Source of the DNA: the human T2T-CHM13v2.0 reference genome, Homo sapiens | Direction: 5' to 3' (one strand) | DNA length: 64,000 nt | Assembly (NCBI RefSeq): GCF_009914755.1 | Contig: NC_060935.1 | In this document: piece by piece, positions 30,001 to 42,442 of the stretch | How the letters are laid out: every line of letters starts with the position of its first letter | Numbering within the stretch: the first letter of the stretch is position 1 | Translations under genes and position numbers: made by a program | The notes under the pieces: generated by a model | Databases searched by the model: none | What the model was told of the DNA's origin: nothing | The model's input: only the letters and a program-made list of their open reading frames with translations

Positions 30001-30529
30001 CCACCTGACTGTACCTCACCCTCTTATCTTCTAAGCTTAGGCATTGGTTCTTAAACCCTGTTTGGGTTACTCCCCACTTTGGAAAGTCGATGGAGGATGG
30101 AACCCATACCCAGAAAACTGCATATGTTCACACACAGAGAGGAATGTGCACATCACTCCAGAGGCTCCATGGACTGCCCCAAAGCCTATCCTTGGGCTCC
30201 TTAAGGCCCAGGAACCCCAGATTAACAGCAGTTATTCTAAGGAATCTTCATGCACTCTTTATCTTCCCCCATCCCTGAAAATGGATAAAACACACACAAA
30301 AAAAATGGAGGTGTTGGGCAAGGAGGACCTTTTGTGGTATATCCTGCAATCCTGAAAGTTTTCTATTTCAGAAGAATAGCCATCTCTTTAGTTTAACAAC
30401 AGGGGCCAGAGAGAGCCCTGTGTGTGGAGTATATACTCAGAATCAGCACATTTCAATAAATACATGTACACCTTAATAATACATACATTTGTAGCAAAAA
30501 AATGGCTAGGTTATTATAGTACAAGCTTA

Positions 30530-31177
<648 letters not shown>

Positions 31178-31655
31178 AATAAGACACACAGTACTGACCT
31201 ATACAGGCACCCACTCTTATGTCTGCTCTTTATTTTGCCCAGCTTCCAGATAAATTATCATCAGATAAAATCTGCTTCAGATTTACCATGCGGCCTTAAA
31301 AGCATCGCATGATACTGAATCCTTGTCTCCAATGTCTTTGACTTTAAGAGCATTTTCCCTTTTCTAATAACAGCTTAATTCACATGTATGTCTGTTGGAT
31401 ATTAGTCTTCATGCTGCCATGTTGAATTTCTTCTAAAAGTCTTCTTCTCTAAAAGTCTTAATGAGCAATACTAACGTATAGAGATTACTTGCTAGTAAAA
31501 AGACAGATTTGAGAATCAGACAGATGTGGATTTCCTTTTTTGGCTCTGCCACTTATGAATGCTGTTGTCCTGGGCAAGTTCCTTCTCCTCTCTGGTTTCT
31601 GTTTTCTCATCTACAAAAATGGAGGGCAAGCTTCAAGGTTACTGGGATCTCAAGT

Positions 31656-32048
31656 TGTGTTAGTCTGCTCAGGCTGCCATGACAAAGTACCACAGACTGG
31701 GTGGCTTAATCAAGAGAAATGTGTCCTCTCACTGTTCTGGAGGCTGGAAGTCTAAGATCAAAATGTTGCCAGGGTTGGCTTCTTTTCTTCTGAGGCTCCT
31801 CTCTGTGGCTTATAAACAGCCATCTTCTCCCTATGTCTTCACATGGTCTTCCCTCTGTACTGTCTGGGTCTAAATTTCCTCTTCCTTTAAGGACACCAGT
31901 CATATTGGATTAGGGCCCACACTAATGACCTCATTTAACTTAATTACCTCTTTAAAGACCCTGTCTCCAAATACAGTCACCTTCTGGGGTACTGGGGGTT
32001 AGGACTTCAACATAAGAATTTTGTGGGGGACAGAATTCAGCCACAGCA
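31656..32048 (-). mobile_element. MaLR solo LTR (MLT1-type)
   Basis: tgtgttagtctgctcaggctgccatgacaaagtaccacagactgggtggctta...ggggttaggacttcaacat...aattcagccacagca. Confidence 0.85.
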
Positions 32049-32955
32049 CAAGTGTATAGTACCTGACCCACGGCAGGCTTAGTAAGCCTACTTATTGTCT
32101 ACCTCACCCACATTTAAACTGCACAAACTTTTAATGGGACGCTGTGTGTCTCTGTAGACTCCCAGACACACTAAACCTATTTAAACAGACAACTCAGCAT
32201 TGTGACAGGCGCACTCTGTCCTTCCTTTATTATCAGGGATGAAGCTGTTTCTTCTCTTTGCCCCAGATTCCGGATGTCATAAATCTTTAAAATGAGTCAT
32301 CCTTGTGTCTCCTCTCTCCCTCCTGCCCCCACAATCTTCCAGCACTGTGCCAGGGTGCTTTCATCTATATGTGGAAATGTGCTCACCTGCTGATTGTAAA
32401 CTCAGTCATTGCCTTACTCTTCAAAATTACTGGTCCCAGCGGGCTTCTCTTCCAGCCATTTTTTCCTGATTCTCCATCTCTGGCAGCAGCTGCTGTGCCT
32501 TGATTCAGAAGCTGCCCTTGTCATATCTGAGCAAGTATCCCCCAGGGCTTCACGTGACTCTCACATAGCCTTGTCCTCCTCCTCCTCTGCTGTCCGCAGC
32601 CCTGGGTGGAGGGCCTGCAGTGGGGAGCTTGTCCTGCATCAGCACCTCAGAGGGGCAGTATTCCCTCATCCCAGTGGCATCCCAGCAACAACCTGTCCCC
32701 AGGTACCGTGGCCCTTTCAGCTCACTCTTTCAGCTCTTCTCAGGTCCCGCTCTGAATGTCCCCAGAGAAGCAGCCAGAGGAGCTTGTGTCCCTGGGCAAC
32801 TGAGCAGCCTCCTGAATGCTCCTTTTGCACTTGTTTTTCTCTTCCAGCTGCAGAGCCCTTGCTCCGTGAGCAAAGCCTGGGTGCCCAAGCAGCCACCGCA
32901 GCAGCAGAGTACAACCTGCAGAGAAGCTGATCACCGGGCAGAGATAGAGCGAGCA

Positions 32956-33010
32956 TGTGTGTGTGTGTGCGCGTGTGCAGAGGAGGGAGTGGTGTGCCTG
33001 TTTGTGTGTG
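32956..33010 (+). repeat. (TG)n-rich microsatellite in CRY2 3' UTR
   Basis: tgtgtgtgtgtgtgcgcgtgtg... Confidence 0.85.
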
Positions 33011-34197
33011 CATGCATCTGTTGACACTCATGATTCTGAATGTTGCCTGGGCTGGGGGAGTACCTGTAGCACGCCAGTGCTGTTTCCCGGCCTCCAGACA
33101 CAAGGCTCGAGGTTATGGCAGTGACTTTCAGCTGAGACCTGTTCCTGCAAGCCAGCTGCCTTGTCTGAACAGAACGTAGTGGTAGGACCCTAGCTGGGAT
33201 TCTGGCATCTGCCTCCCTAGACCTCCTTCCCTCCCTCCTCACGTCAGGCTGTGGAGCAGGAGCACAGCAGTTCTGGCTGTTGTCCAAAGCATGGGATTCT
33301 GGAGGCAGCCAGAGCCCTGCTGAGTTCCTGCTTTCTGACCTGGAGGCTGAGCAGGCCGGAGTGGATGGATGCTGTCCAGACGTAGCCACCTGGCCTCTGT
33401 TTCTTATTTTAAAATTCTCTGCTACTGGGCTCAGTCCCAGGCCCTTCCTTGGGCTTCTGGGACTGAGCATGAGGCCATAGACAGATCTAAAAAGTTTCCA
33501 CCACCCTACAGAAGTACACACAGATACCTGACTGGTGTGGGGTATGCCTGGTACTGTAATAGGAGCCTAAGACAGCACACCTACCTTTTCAGGATTTAGA
33601 ACCTAAAATTAGAAAGAGAATCCCAGCTGTCATTGTTCCTTCCCCAGAAGCTAAGAGCCAGCCTCAGAGCCTACCCAGGAGCTGTGAAGGGGCAAGGGTC
33701 AAACTGACTCACTCTACCAGGAGGAGACCAGGTTGCAGTGGCGTAAGGCCCCCTGGTTTCTCTGGCCACACTCCAAGGCACCACAGTGCTGCCAGTGAGG
33801 ACAGCTGACACCCAGCCAGGGAAACCATTCTAGTCTTTATTCTGTTGGCTTCCAGGGCCTGTCCTGGACTTGTCAGCATCCAGACTGCCATGTCAGCTAT
33901 CCCAGTAGCTGAGCTCCAAGGACTCAGGCAGAGGGACTCAGGGATGGGGACTGCCAGGGGCAGTTGGCAAAAGTCCAAGTAGAGATTACACCCAGAACAC
34001 CATTCCTTCCAGGAGCAGTAGGTGGGAGGTTTGACCCAGAGAAGCCAATCCTTGCATTCCAGGAGTGGCCTGTGCCTCCCACCTCTTCCTTCCCACTGCC
34101 AAAGGCCTGTGTTGAGAAAGATGTCATGCAAAAGGACGACGGTGGCCAACTAAAGCAAGTCTTCCTTCCACCCTGTGGCCTGCACTTGAGCCACAAA

Positions 34198-34243
34198 GTG
34201 TGTGTGTGTGTGTGTGCGTGTGTGGTACGTGTGTGTGTGTGTG
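34198..34243 (+). repeat. Interrupted (GT)n microsatellite in CRY2 3' UTR
   Basis: Read directly. Confidence 0.9.
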
Positions 34244-35157
34244 GCTATGAGGCTGATTCCTGTTTGGATTTTTGTCCTCACGTGTATCATTAAGCTGGCC
34301 TTTGGGCCTTTTCCTTTCTACCTCCCCTGTGACCTTTCCTAGCCTCAGATCTGTTAATTCTTTTGGCCCCAGCCCTGTCCCTCACTGTCCTCTGTCCTTG
34401 GACCAGAACCCTGGGGTCAGACCCATCTCCTGTAGCTGTCCATCACACTGACAGGCTTCTTCCTGAGATATCCTCAGGTTTTCTCAGCCAGAGAGCTGCC
34501 TTTAGAGTCCAACTGTTGTACGTATGTCACCTTCACTAGAAATGTCCCATCATCGTGGGAGGGGAGCAGGGCACAGGGGATGGTGTGCATTCAGAGCATT
34601 GGGTTGGGGGCTTCCCTGTTCCCTCAGCCCCAGTCGAGAGGAAAGAGAATCGGGCCACTGCCAGAAAGAGAGTCAAGCAAACCTGGAAGGGCAAATCTGA
34701 GAGTGGGAAGGCCAAAGGCCGAGGCCCAGATTTAGTATTCACTAGCAGCGCCTTCGGGTAGCAGGATGATTCCTTTTCCTGCCTGTCTGCTGCTGGCTCT
34801 CTTCCCTAAGGTACAGGTTGGCAGGACCACCTCCGCCTACTTCTCCACCATCCCTAGCATGCCAGCCCGTTCCCAGATCAACCTGCCAGTGGAGTCAGGC
34901 AGTGCACTCCTGGAGCCAAGAGGGAAGGGCAGGGTAGAGAGGGTATGTCCAGTAGCCTGGAGCTCCATGGTGGCTTCATGCCTCCCTTCTCCCAGCTCAG
35001 GTGGCCCTGAGGGCTCCCTCGGAACAGTGCCTCAAATCCTGACCCAAGGGCCAGCATGGGGAAGAGATGGTTGCAGGCAAAATGCACTTTATAGAGATTT
35101 TCTATTGCTGGGAAGGTGTGTTTCTCCCACAATTTGTTTGTGAATATTCACTTGTTT

Positions 35158-35163
35158 TATAAA
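35158..35163 (+). terminator. Candidate CRY2 polyadenylation signal (variant TATAAA)
   Basis: U-rich upstream (cttgtttt), GU/U-rich downstream (gtaagtttgtgctgtcgtc); no AATAAA seen in the UTR by eye. Confidence 0.55.
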
Positions 35164-37468
35164 TGTCTGACCTGTCTTGAGTAAGTTTGTGCTGTCGTCA
35201 ATCTTGTGGGAGGCCTGGGAACCAGGGTTTTGGTAAGCCTGAGCCTGAATGAAGCTGTCGGCCACCCCATCTTGGTTCTGTGGGAGTCAGGAGCCTCCTA
35301 TTCCTCCTTAGGAAGGGGGAGCAGCCAGAGCAGACTGGAGCAGCTTGGTCAAGAGTTGGTCCAGAGCTTGGTCAAGAGTTGGGGGTCAATTGGCCAAAAT
35401 AGTACAGAGCACTCTGGCCCAGAGTGAGGGTCCTAAGTGCCATCCTGCAGTGCCACCCAGCCTTGCAGCCCACTTAAACCCCCTCCCAGGCTGGGGGTCA
35501 GTCAGTGCAGGGCCTGCTCCACGCCCTCAATCCATCCTTTAATTCAATGCAGCCACTTAAGCTGCAGCCTGTGGTGAGGAGGGGATGCAGGCTCTCTGGC
35601 TGTGACTAGGTGGTTGAGATCTGCCCACAGCCAAGCCTAGGGCGCCTGGATGCTGGCTTTGTCTCCTGGCCAGAGAATGGCCCCTCTCTGTGCAGTGTGC
35701 CCTGCTTCCATGCTAGGGGATGCTAGCCTTGGACTGAAAGCTTTATTAGCTCACACCCCAACTTTCTGGGAAGGGGCCCAGGCAAGGCCCAAGAATATCA
35801 CAGTCTGGCCTGCACAGAGTGAAGAAGGAGAAAAGGGGAGGAACCTGCCTTGGGAACTTGTCTCGTTCTTGGCTCTGCTCTGAAGCTCCTGCTGGCCTCC
35901 CTCATACCAAGACCTGGGCCTGCCTTTCCTTCTTGCCCTTCTGGCTTCTCTCTAATAATGGCTTTGGGTTGGTCTTTGGAGCTAAGATACCTTTGCTCTT
36001 GAGCAAAAGGTTCTGGAAGAGGGAGTTGTCCTTTACATCCACCCCTGACCTGCTAAGGATGTTCCCTAGCTGAGGCAGGTCTACATTCTAAGGAACGATT
36101 AGTAGCCATGATGGCAAGACTGCTTTCCTGAGAGGAAAAGCCAGGCACCATGGCAGCAGATGATTACCGTGAGGGCCCAGTGAAAGGGGCCTGATCACGA
36201 AAGCTGAGAAAGTAGTGGCCACCCCTCTGGGCCCCAGGGACAGGGAAAAGAGAAGCAGCCATGACCTTTGGCTCTAGGTATTGGGATATTCTCAGGGCTG
36301 GTGGTCGGAGGTTGCCTTCTGCACGGAAGGTGCCTCCAGCTCCTTGCTAGGTGCCGCACTGAAGGAAAGGGGCCAGCATGACTGGTCGGCAGTCCAGATT
36401 TGCAAATAGGACTCCACGAGTTGTGGCACAGTTTGCTCTGCACGTTTTCTGCCCTGTGGACAGGGTCTCTAGGGTTCTCTCGAGAGACCAGAGAAGCCAA
36501 TGAGGTTTGACCAGAGGCTCTACGACCCAGCAAAGCTAAGGCCCTAGCCTTGGCAGTCCGTACTCTGAAATAACTCAATCGGGAAACTCAGGGACTTGAA
36601 GGCCTGGAAGCCCAGGAATAACACCCTCTCGAGGGAGAGACAATGAGGAAGAAGCCATGGCCAAAGCCTAGCAGGGATGGAGGTGCCAGAGGGAACAGAA
36701 ACAACCAAAATGATCCCAAGAAGTCAACAGTGGGAGGAGAGGGAAAGGCGCCAAGTCTTAGAATGTGTGTCTGTGGGTGCAGAAGAGGGGTGCTCTGCAG
36801 GAAATGCAGTTGAGGCGCTAAGAAGGAGAATGCTGGGAAGGTCCTGGCGAGAGACCGAGAAGCCTGGAGGGCTCAATTCACCACGAGTAGCTGTTTGGGG
36901 CTGAAGAGAGATTTGGGTCAATCTTTAGAGAAGACAGCCTCTAGGGAGAGTCTTTGGGAGGGTCCCCTCAAGGTAAAGGGACAGGACTGGGGTGAGGGCT
37001 GGATCCCAGCGCAGGAGGTGGAGTGTTTCTGGGTCTCAGGCAACACATTTGTGTTACGTTACATTCTCACAACAACCATGAGAGGGACTGCTATTGTCCC
37101 ATTTCACAGATAAGAAGACCAAACCTTAGTGCTCTGAAGTCACTAATGCAAGGCCCCACTGCCCAGTCACTTGTGGAGCCAGTGAATTCACACCACCTGA
37201 CTCCAAACCTGTACACTTTAAGAGCCCACTGACATCCTCTCCTTTCTCTGCCTTCCTCCACGACCCTCCTTTTCCGCCTGCCTTCTTGGTCTCTGCTGCG
37301 GGGGGCCAACCTGGACCTTGGGGTCCAGTGTCCTGCCATTAGTCATCTGATACCCGGGCACTAAGCCCAACCGGAGGGACAAAGCCCACACCGGCCACGG
37401 GGTGGAGGAGAGTCGATGTCGGATTTAGGGCGGGGCTGAACCAAGCCCAGGGCCGCGGGGGCCGTGGC

Positions 37469-37489
37469 TTCAGCACCGCGGAGAGCGCC
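37469..37489 (+). promoter_or_regulatory. RE1/NRSE (REST-binding silencer element)
   Basis: TTCAGCACCGCGGAGAGCGCC vs consensus TTCAGCACCACGGACAGCGCC (2 mismatches); REST control of IB1/JIP1 in neurons and beta cells is established. Confidence 0.92.
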
Positions 37490-37756
37490 ATCTCCGGGGG
37501 CGGGGCTGGCGGGGTGGGGGCGGGGCCTGGGCGGGGCGCGCGAGACCCCGGCCGGGTCCCGGGGGCGCGCGCGGGGCGCTCTCGCCAGTCCCGCGGGCCG
37601 TGCGCGGTGCTGTGCCGCGCCCTGCCAGACACAGGTGCGCCCGCCTAGCCCGAACTCCGCGGCGGCGGCTGCCCTCTCGCCGCGCCTCCGCCTCCTTCGC
37701 AGCCGCCGCCTCCTCCGCGCCGCGCTCCGCCCGGATGGCCAGGGCTGTGCCCGAGA

Positions 37757-37857
37757 ATGGCGGAGCGAGAAAGCGGCGGCCTGGGAGGGGGGGCCGCGTC
37801 CCCGCCCGCCGCCTCCCCGTTCCTGGGGCTGCACATCGCTTCGCCTCCCAATTTCAG
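37757..37857 (+). CDS. MAPK8IP1: JNK-interacting protein 1 (JIP1/IB1) exon 1
   Basis: ATG at 37757; [33 protein letters not shown](R); donor CAG|gtgaga; 101 nt. Confidence 0.97.
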
Positions 37858-40608
37858 GTGAGAGTCCCCGGCCGCCGCGCGCCTCGCCCTTCAGCGGGGA
37901 CTGATCCGCATTGGCTGCCCTGCCCGCCCCCCACCCCAGAACCTCGGGAACCCGGGAACGAAAGGGCTGCGTGGGAGTGGGGTCTCTTCCCGGGACAGAG
38001 CCCCCCTCAGAAGCCCCGCCAGCCTCAAGTCCGGACTGGTAGCCGTTGCATGTTCACGAGGCTGTTCCCTCCGCCATTCCTGGTCCTAGGCTGGGAGGTC
38101 TGCGCTGGAATTGGAGGAGGGGGCTCGGAGGCCTCCTTCTCCCCAACCTCCGGGCTGCGGCAGGGTCTGGGGTCGGGGTTGCGATCCCGGAGCGGGCAGG
38201 CAGGCTGCATCTTAGCCTGTGAATAGAGCTGGGAACAGCCTGGAGGGGCGCGGGTCGCAGTTTCCTGGGGCAACGACATTGTTGGTGCTGGGAGGAGGAT
38301 GTTTGAGCCCCTCCCCGAGCCCTGCCTGGCCAGATGGGCCTACCTGCCAGGCCTGGCGTGGCCGGGCCCCTCTCTGGATTGGGCAGCACCGACCTAGGCA
38401 GGTGTGTCTCTCAGGGCAGGCGCTGAAGGCTCAGCCTCAACCAGGGGAATCCTAGGCCCGGCTGCGGGAAGGGAAGTCGGCTCGGCTCTGGAGTAGCCAG
38501 GGCCAGCGAGGGTGTCGAGGGGATCCCTGCTGGGGTAAATACCCAGAACCCTGACCTGAGCTCCTATTCCACCACCCCCACCCCCCAATCTGGTGTTAGG
38601 CCCGATGCATTTCAGAGAAGTGAGGGGTGAGTGTTGTGTGGAGGAGGAATAGATGTACCTCCCCCATAATTCTGAACCCTAGTTGGTGGGGAGGAAGAGG
38701 CCGAAGTCACTGCTCCCGGCCTAGAGAGGGAGGCTTAGACATACCCCATTGTTTCCCCATCTCGAGAACTGGCGCCTTCCCCTCTCCTGGGGCACCACCC
38801 CAGCCAGGCTCCAGCTGGGCTGTGGTGCCAGCCCCTCCTGGGAGCAAGGGGTCACTGGCTCCCAGGTCCTCAGGTGGGCAGAGACCCCTGGGGATCTCTA
38901 ATAGCATCATCAAACTCAGAAACCTTCCCTGAGGCCCTGAGCTGAGCTGGAAGGACCAGAGGGGGCCAGATGGAGGAGGCCAGGCCTGAAGGCTCCAGGG
39001 CTGCAGCTCTCTGATAATGCCTTAGACTGAGGTCTGAGACTCCACCTGGCATGGTGCATGAGGCCTCCATGCAAATACTGCCTCCCCACCTGGAGGCCTC
39101 TGCAGTGGAAGCACATGGGGCTTAGAGGGACCTGGGTTCAAATCCTAGCTCCACTACTTTCTAACTGCATGACCCAGGCAGGTTTTTGTCCTCTCTGGGT
39201 GCCATCTGTTAAGTGGGCTAATTAATATTGATTCTTGCCTGGAAAGGAGAAAAAGCACATCAGGTCAGTGTTCAACAAGTGTCAGCCCCCACACTAGCAG
39301 ACAACACTACGGCTCGCTGCTGTCCAGAGTGTCTTCCCAAGGCCCCTCCTTTAACCCTCATAACTGCCCCAAGAGAGGGTAGTGACCTGCCCATTTTATA
39401 GATGAGGTGATTGAGATTAACAAAGGCAGGGTGGCTCATCTGGAGACTACAAAAGAGTCAGAGACTAAGGCTACACTGGGACCCAGGTCTGTGCGTGTTT
39501 AGTCCACTCTACGTCCCAGCCCTGCCTCTGGCCCAGTGGGCAGCTTTTCTTCCTCGACCTGCTTCCCCAGGTGTCATAGATGCTTTAATGAGAGGAGCTG
39601 AGGAAGCAGACACCAGCCAGTGAATGTGTGGCCAGCTCTGCGGCATGTGGGACAAGGGTGGCAGTAGGCCACGAGGCTGAGGTGTGGGCCAGCACTCCAG
39701 AACATGGTGGCCTGGCTGCGGAGACAAGGCCAGTGCGTGGGAATAATAAGCGTCAGTGTCTCAGGCCCTGCCGGCCTGCCCCGCTGCTCCCAAAGCCCCC
39801 GCTGCCCTTTCTCCTGGCCCGCCTCTCACTGTGCTTGGCCAGGCTCCACTTAACCCTGGGTGGGTAGATAGTGCTTTCTTGTGGCTCTTTGGTGGAGTCA
39901 TAGATCCAACTGGCCTGGGTTTGAATCCTGGCTGGCCCTTCTTACCTGTGTGCCCTGACACTGGGCACTTAAGCCCTCTGAGCCTCTGAGATGCCAGCAC
40001 TGGCCCCTGCTCAGGATGGTCCTAAGAATCAGATGAGATAACACGTGTTGAGTGTTTCAAGGGCTGAGGAGAGCCGCCTGTAGGCAGGGCTGTGTGTGTG
40101 CACACACACACAGGCGCCTTGACCCCCAGTGCCACTGTCAGCTCCCAGAAAATAAAGGGGGTCTGTACCCAAACTTTGGTATCCCCATTGCTCAGCACGG
40201 GATAGTTACTCAATAACAGTGGTAAGCGCTGACATTTGGAAGGCACTCAGTTCGCCCAGGCACCATTCTAAGAGTTTCCTATGTGCAAGAGTATTTACTC
40301 CTCCCAATAACTGTATCAACAGAGCGTTGTTATTATCCACACTTGCATGAAGAAACTGAGGCAGAGGGAGGTTAGGTAAGTGGCAGAGCTTGTAAGTGGC
40401 AGGCAGTCTGATGTCAGAGCCACCCCAAAAAGAAAGAGCCCTAGAGTATTGGAAGAGCATGTGCGGAGGGGGCGAGCATGTGGACCTGACCTGAAGGGGT
40501 GGGAGCATTCGTTTGTTTGTGGTAGGTTAAATACGTGTTAATTTTTGTTCTGATTATAGCTCCAGCTGTTTATAGTGGTTGGTTACCTTTGGGTATGGTA
40601 TGGGGTGA

Positions 40609-40933
<325 letters not shown>

Positions 40934-40951
40934 TGTCATACTTTTATATTA

Positions 40952-41297
40952 CAGGTTGAGTATGCCTGATCTGACATGCTTTGGACCAGAAGTGTTTCAG
41001 ATTTCTAATTTTTTTGGATTTTGGAATATTTGCATATGCATAACGAAATAGCTTGGGGATGGGAACCCAAGTCTAAAAATGAAATTGATTTTTTCTTATA
41101 TATCTTATACATATAGCCTCAAGGTAATTTTATACAATAATTTAAATAATTGTGTGCATGAAACAAAGTTTTGATTACAACCTGTCATGTGGAGTCAGGT
41201 GTGGAATTTACAGCCTGTGCTGTTATGTTGGTGCTCAAACATTTAGGATTTTGGAGCATTTCAGATTTCAGGTTTTTGGATTAGGGCTGCTCACCTG
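40952..41297. mobile_element. Tigger4 (MER46/Zombi)-type TcMar MITE
   Basis: TIRs caggttgagtat...gctgctcacctg flanked by TA dinucleotides. Confidence 0.8.
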
Positions 41298-42230
41298 TAT
41301 TTGACTTCTTATTTTATAATGAGTATAGGTTACTTCTGTGTCTTACAAAATAATAAAAGAAAATTCAAAATTAAAGTGATACATGTTCATTATAAAGAAA
41401 ACTCTAGAAAAGAGAATTTAGAAATTTACACAGTGGAGACATTGGCACTGGGTAGGTGGGACAAAGAGGAGGGGCAGAAGGACAGTTCACGTGGGAGGAA
41501 CAGCAGAGACAAAGGGGGTTTCATGGACAAGAAGGGAGCGAGCGGCCTGTCTGGGGTGTGTAGAAGGGGAATCGTGGATCTGAGAGACCTTAGAGACCAG
41601 CTCGTCCAACCAGCTCCCTCCCCTTATGAGGAAACAAGAGAGGGCGAGTGGCTCCCCCAAGAGCACACAGCAAATTAGTGGCAAAGCTGGGATAGAGCCA
41701 GGCCATGGCTGCCTGGATGGTTGCCATCTGCCCCAGCACCCTGCCTCAGGGATGAGAGATGGGGCCACCGAGAGGCTTCTTCCTTCATTCACTCAACAAA
41801 CGTTTGCACTTTGCCTAGGTCACCAGGGAAACACTGCAAAGGCCCAGACGTGGGCCTGGCCATCATGCTATTGGTGTTGTAGAGGGGAGACAGACAGACA
41901 GACGGCTTTACAGATGGGCTGGTCGGTGTGATGATGGCTCAGGTCAAGGGACCCAGGCTCAGCGGGTCTAGACAGGCCCCCCAGAGGCAGGGACATTTCA
42001 GCTTAGGCCTGGTGGACGCATAAAAATATCACCCAAGGGTGTCACTGGAGTGAAGGGCGGAGACCAGAGCGGGTGGGCAGGGTGTCTGGTGCCCAGTCTG
42101 GCAGGAGGGTGGAGAGCAGGATGTGCAGGAACTTGTAGGCCATGTGACGATGCCGACCTCTTCACCAACAGCCAGAGGAGCTGGCAGGGGGTTAGGAAAG
42201 GAATGACAGGGTCAGACAGATCCTCTAGGA

Positions 42231-42442
42231 CAGGGGTGTCCAATCTTTTGGCTTCCCTGGGCCACATGGAAGAAAAATTATCTTGGGCCACACGTAAAAT
42301 ACACTAACACTAACGATAGCTGATGAGCTAAAACACAAAAACATCTCATAATGTTTCAAAAAAGTTTATGAATTTGTGTTGGGCCACATTCAGAGCCATC
42401 CTGGGGCTCACGCACCCATGGGCCATGGGTTAGACAAGCTTG
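42231..42442. mobile_element. MER30-like hAT element inside an L2 remnant
   Basis: caggggtgtccaatcttttggcttccctgggccaca...gggttagacaagcttg; 8-bp TSD (c/t)tctagga. Confidence 0.8.

Larger units (their letters stand above)
32848..35180 (+). other. CRY2: CRY2 terminal non-coding exon (3' UTR, ~2.3 kb)
   Basis: Strong polypyrimidine acceptor ttgtttttctcttccag at 32831-32847; unique sequence with TG microsatellites; variant PAS TATAAA 35158-35163 followed by GU-rich sequence. 3' end approximate. Confidence 0.8.
37340..38530. promoter_or_regulatory. CpG island / main promoter of MAPK8IP1
   Basis: Very high GC and CpG density, multiple GGGGCGGGG Sp/KLF boxes around exon 1. Confidence 0.9.
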
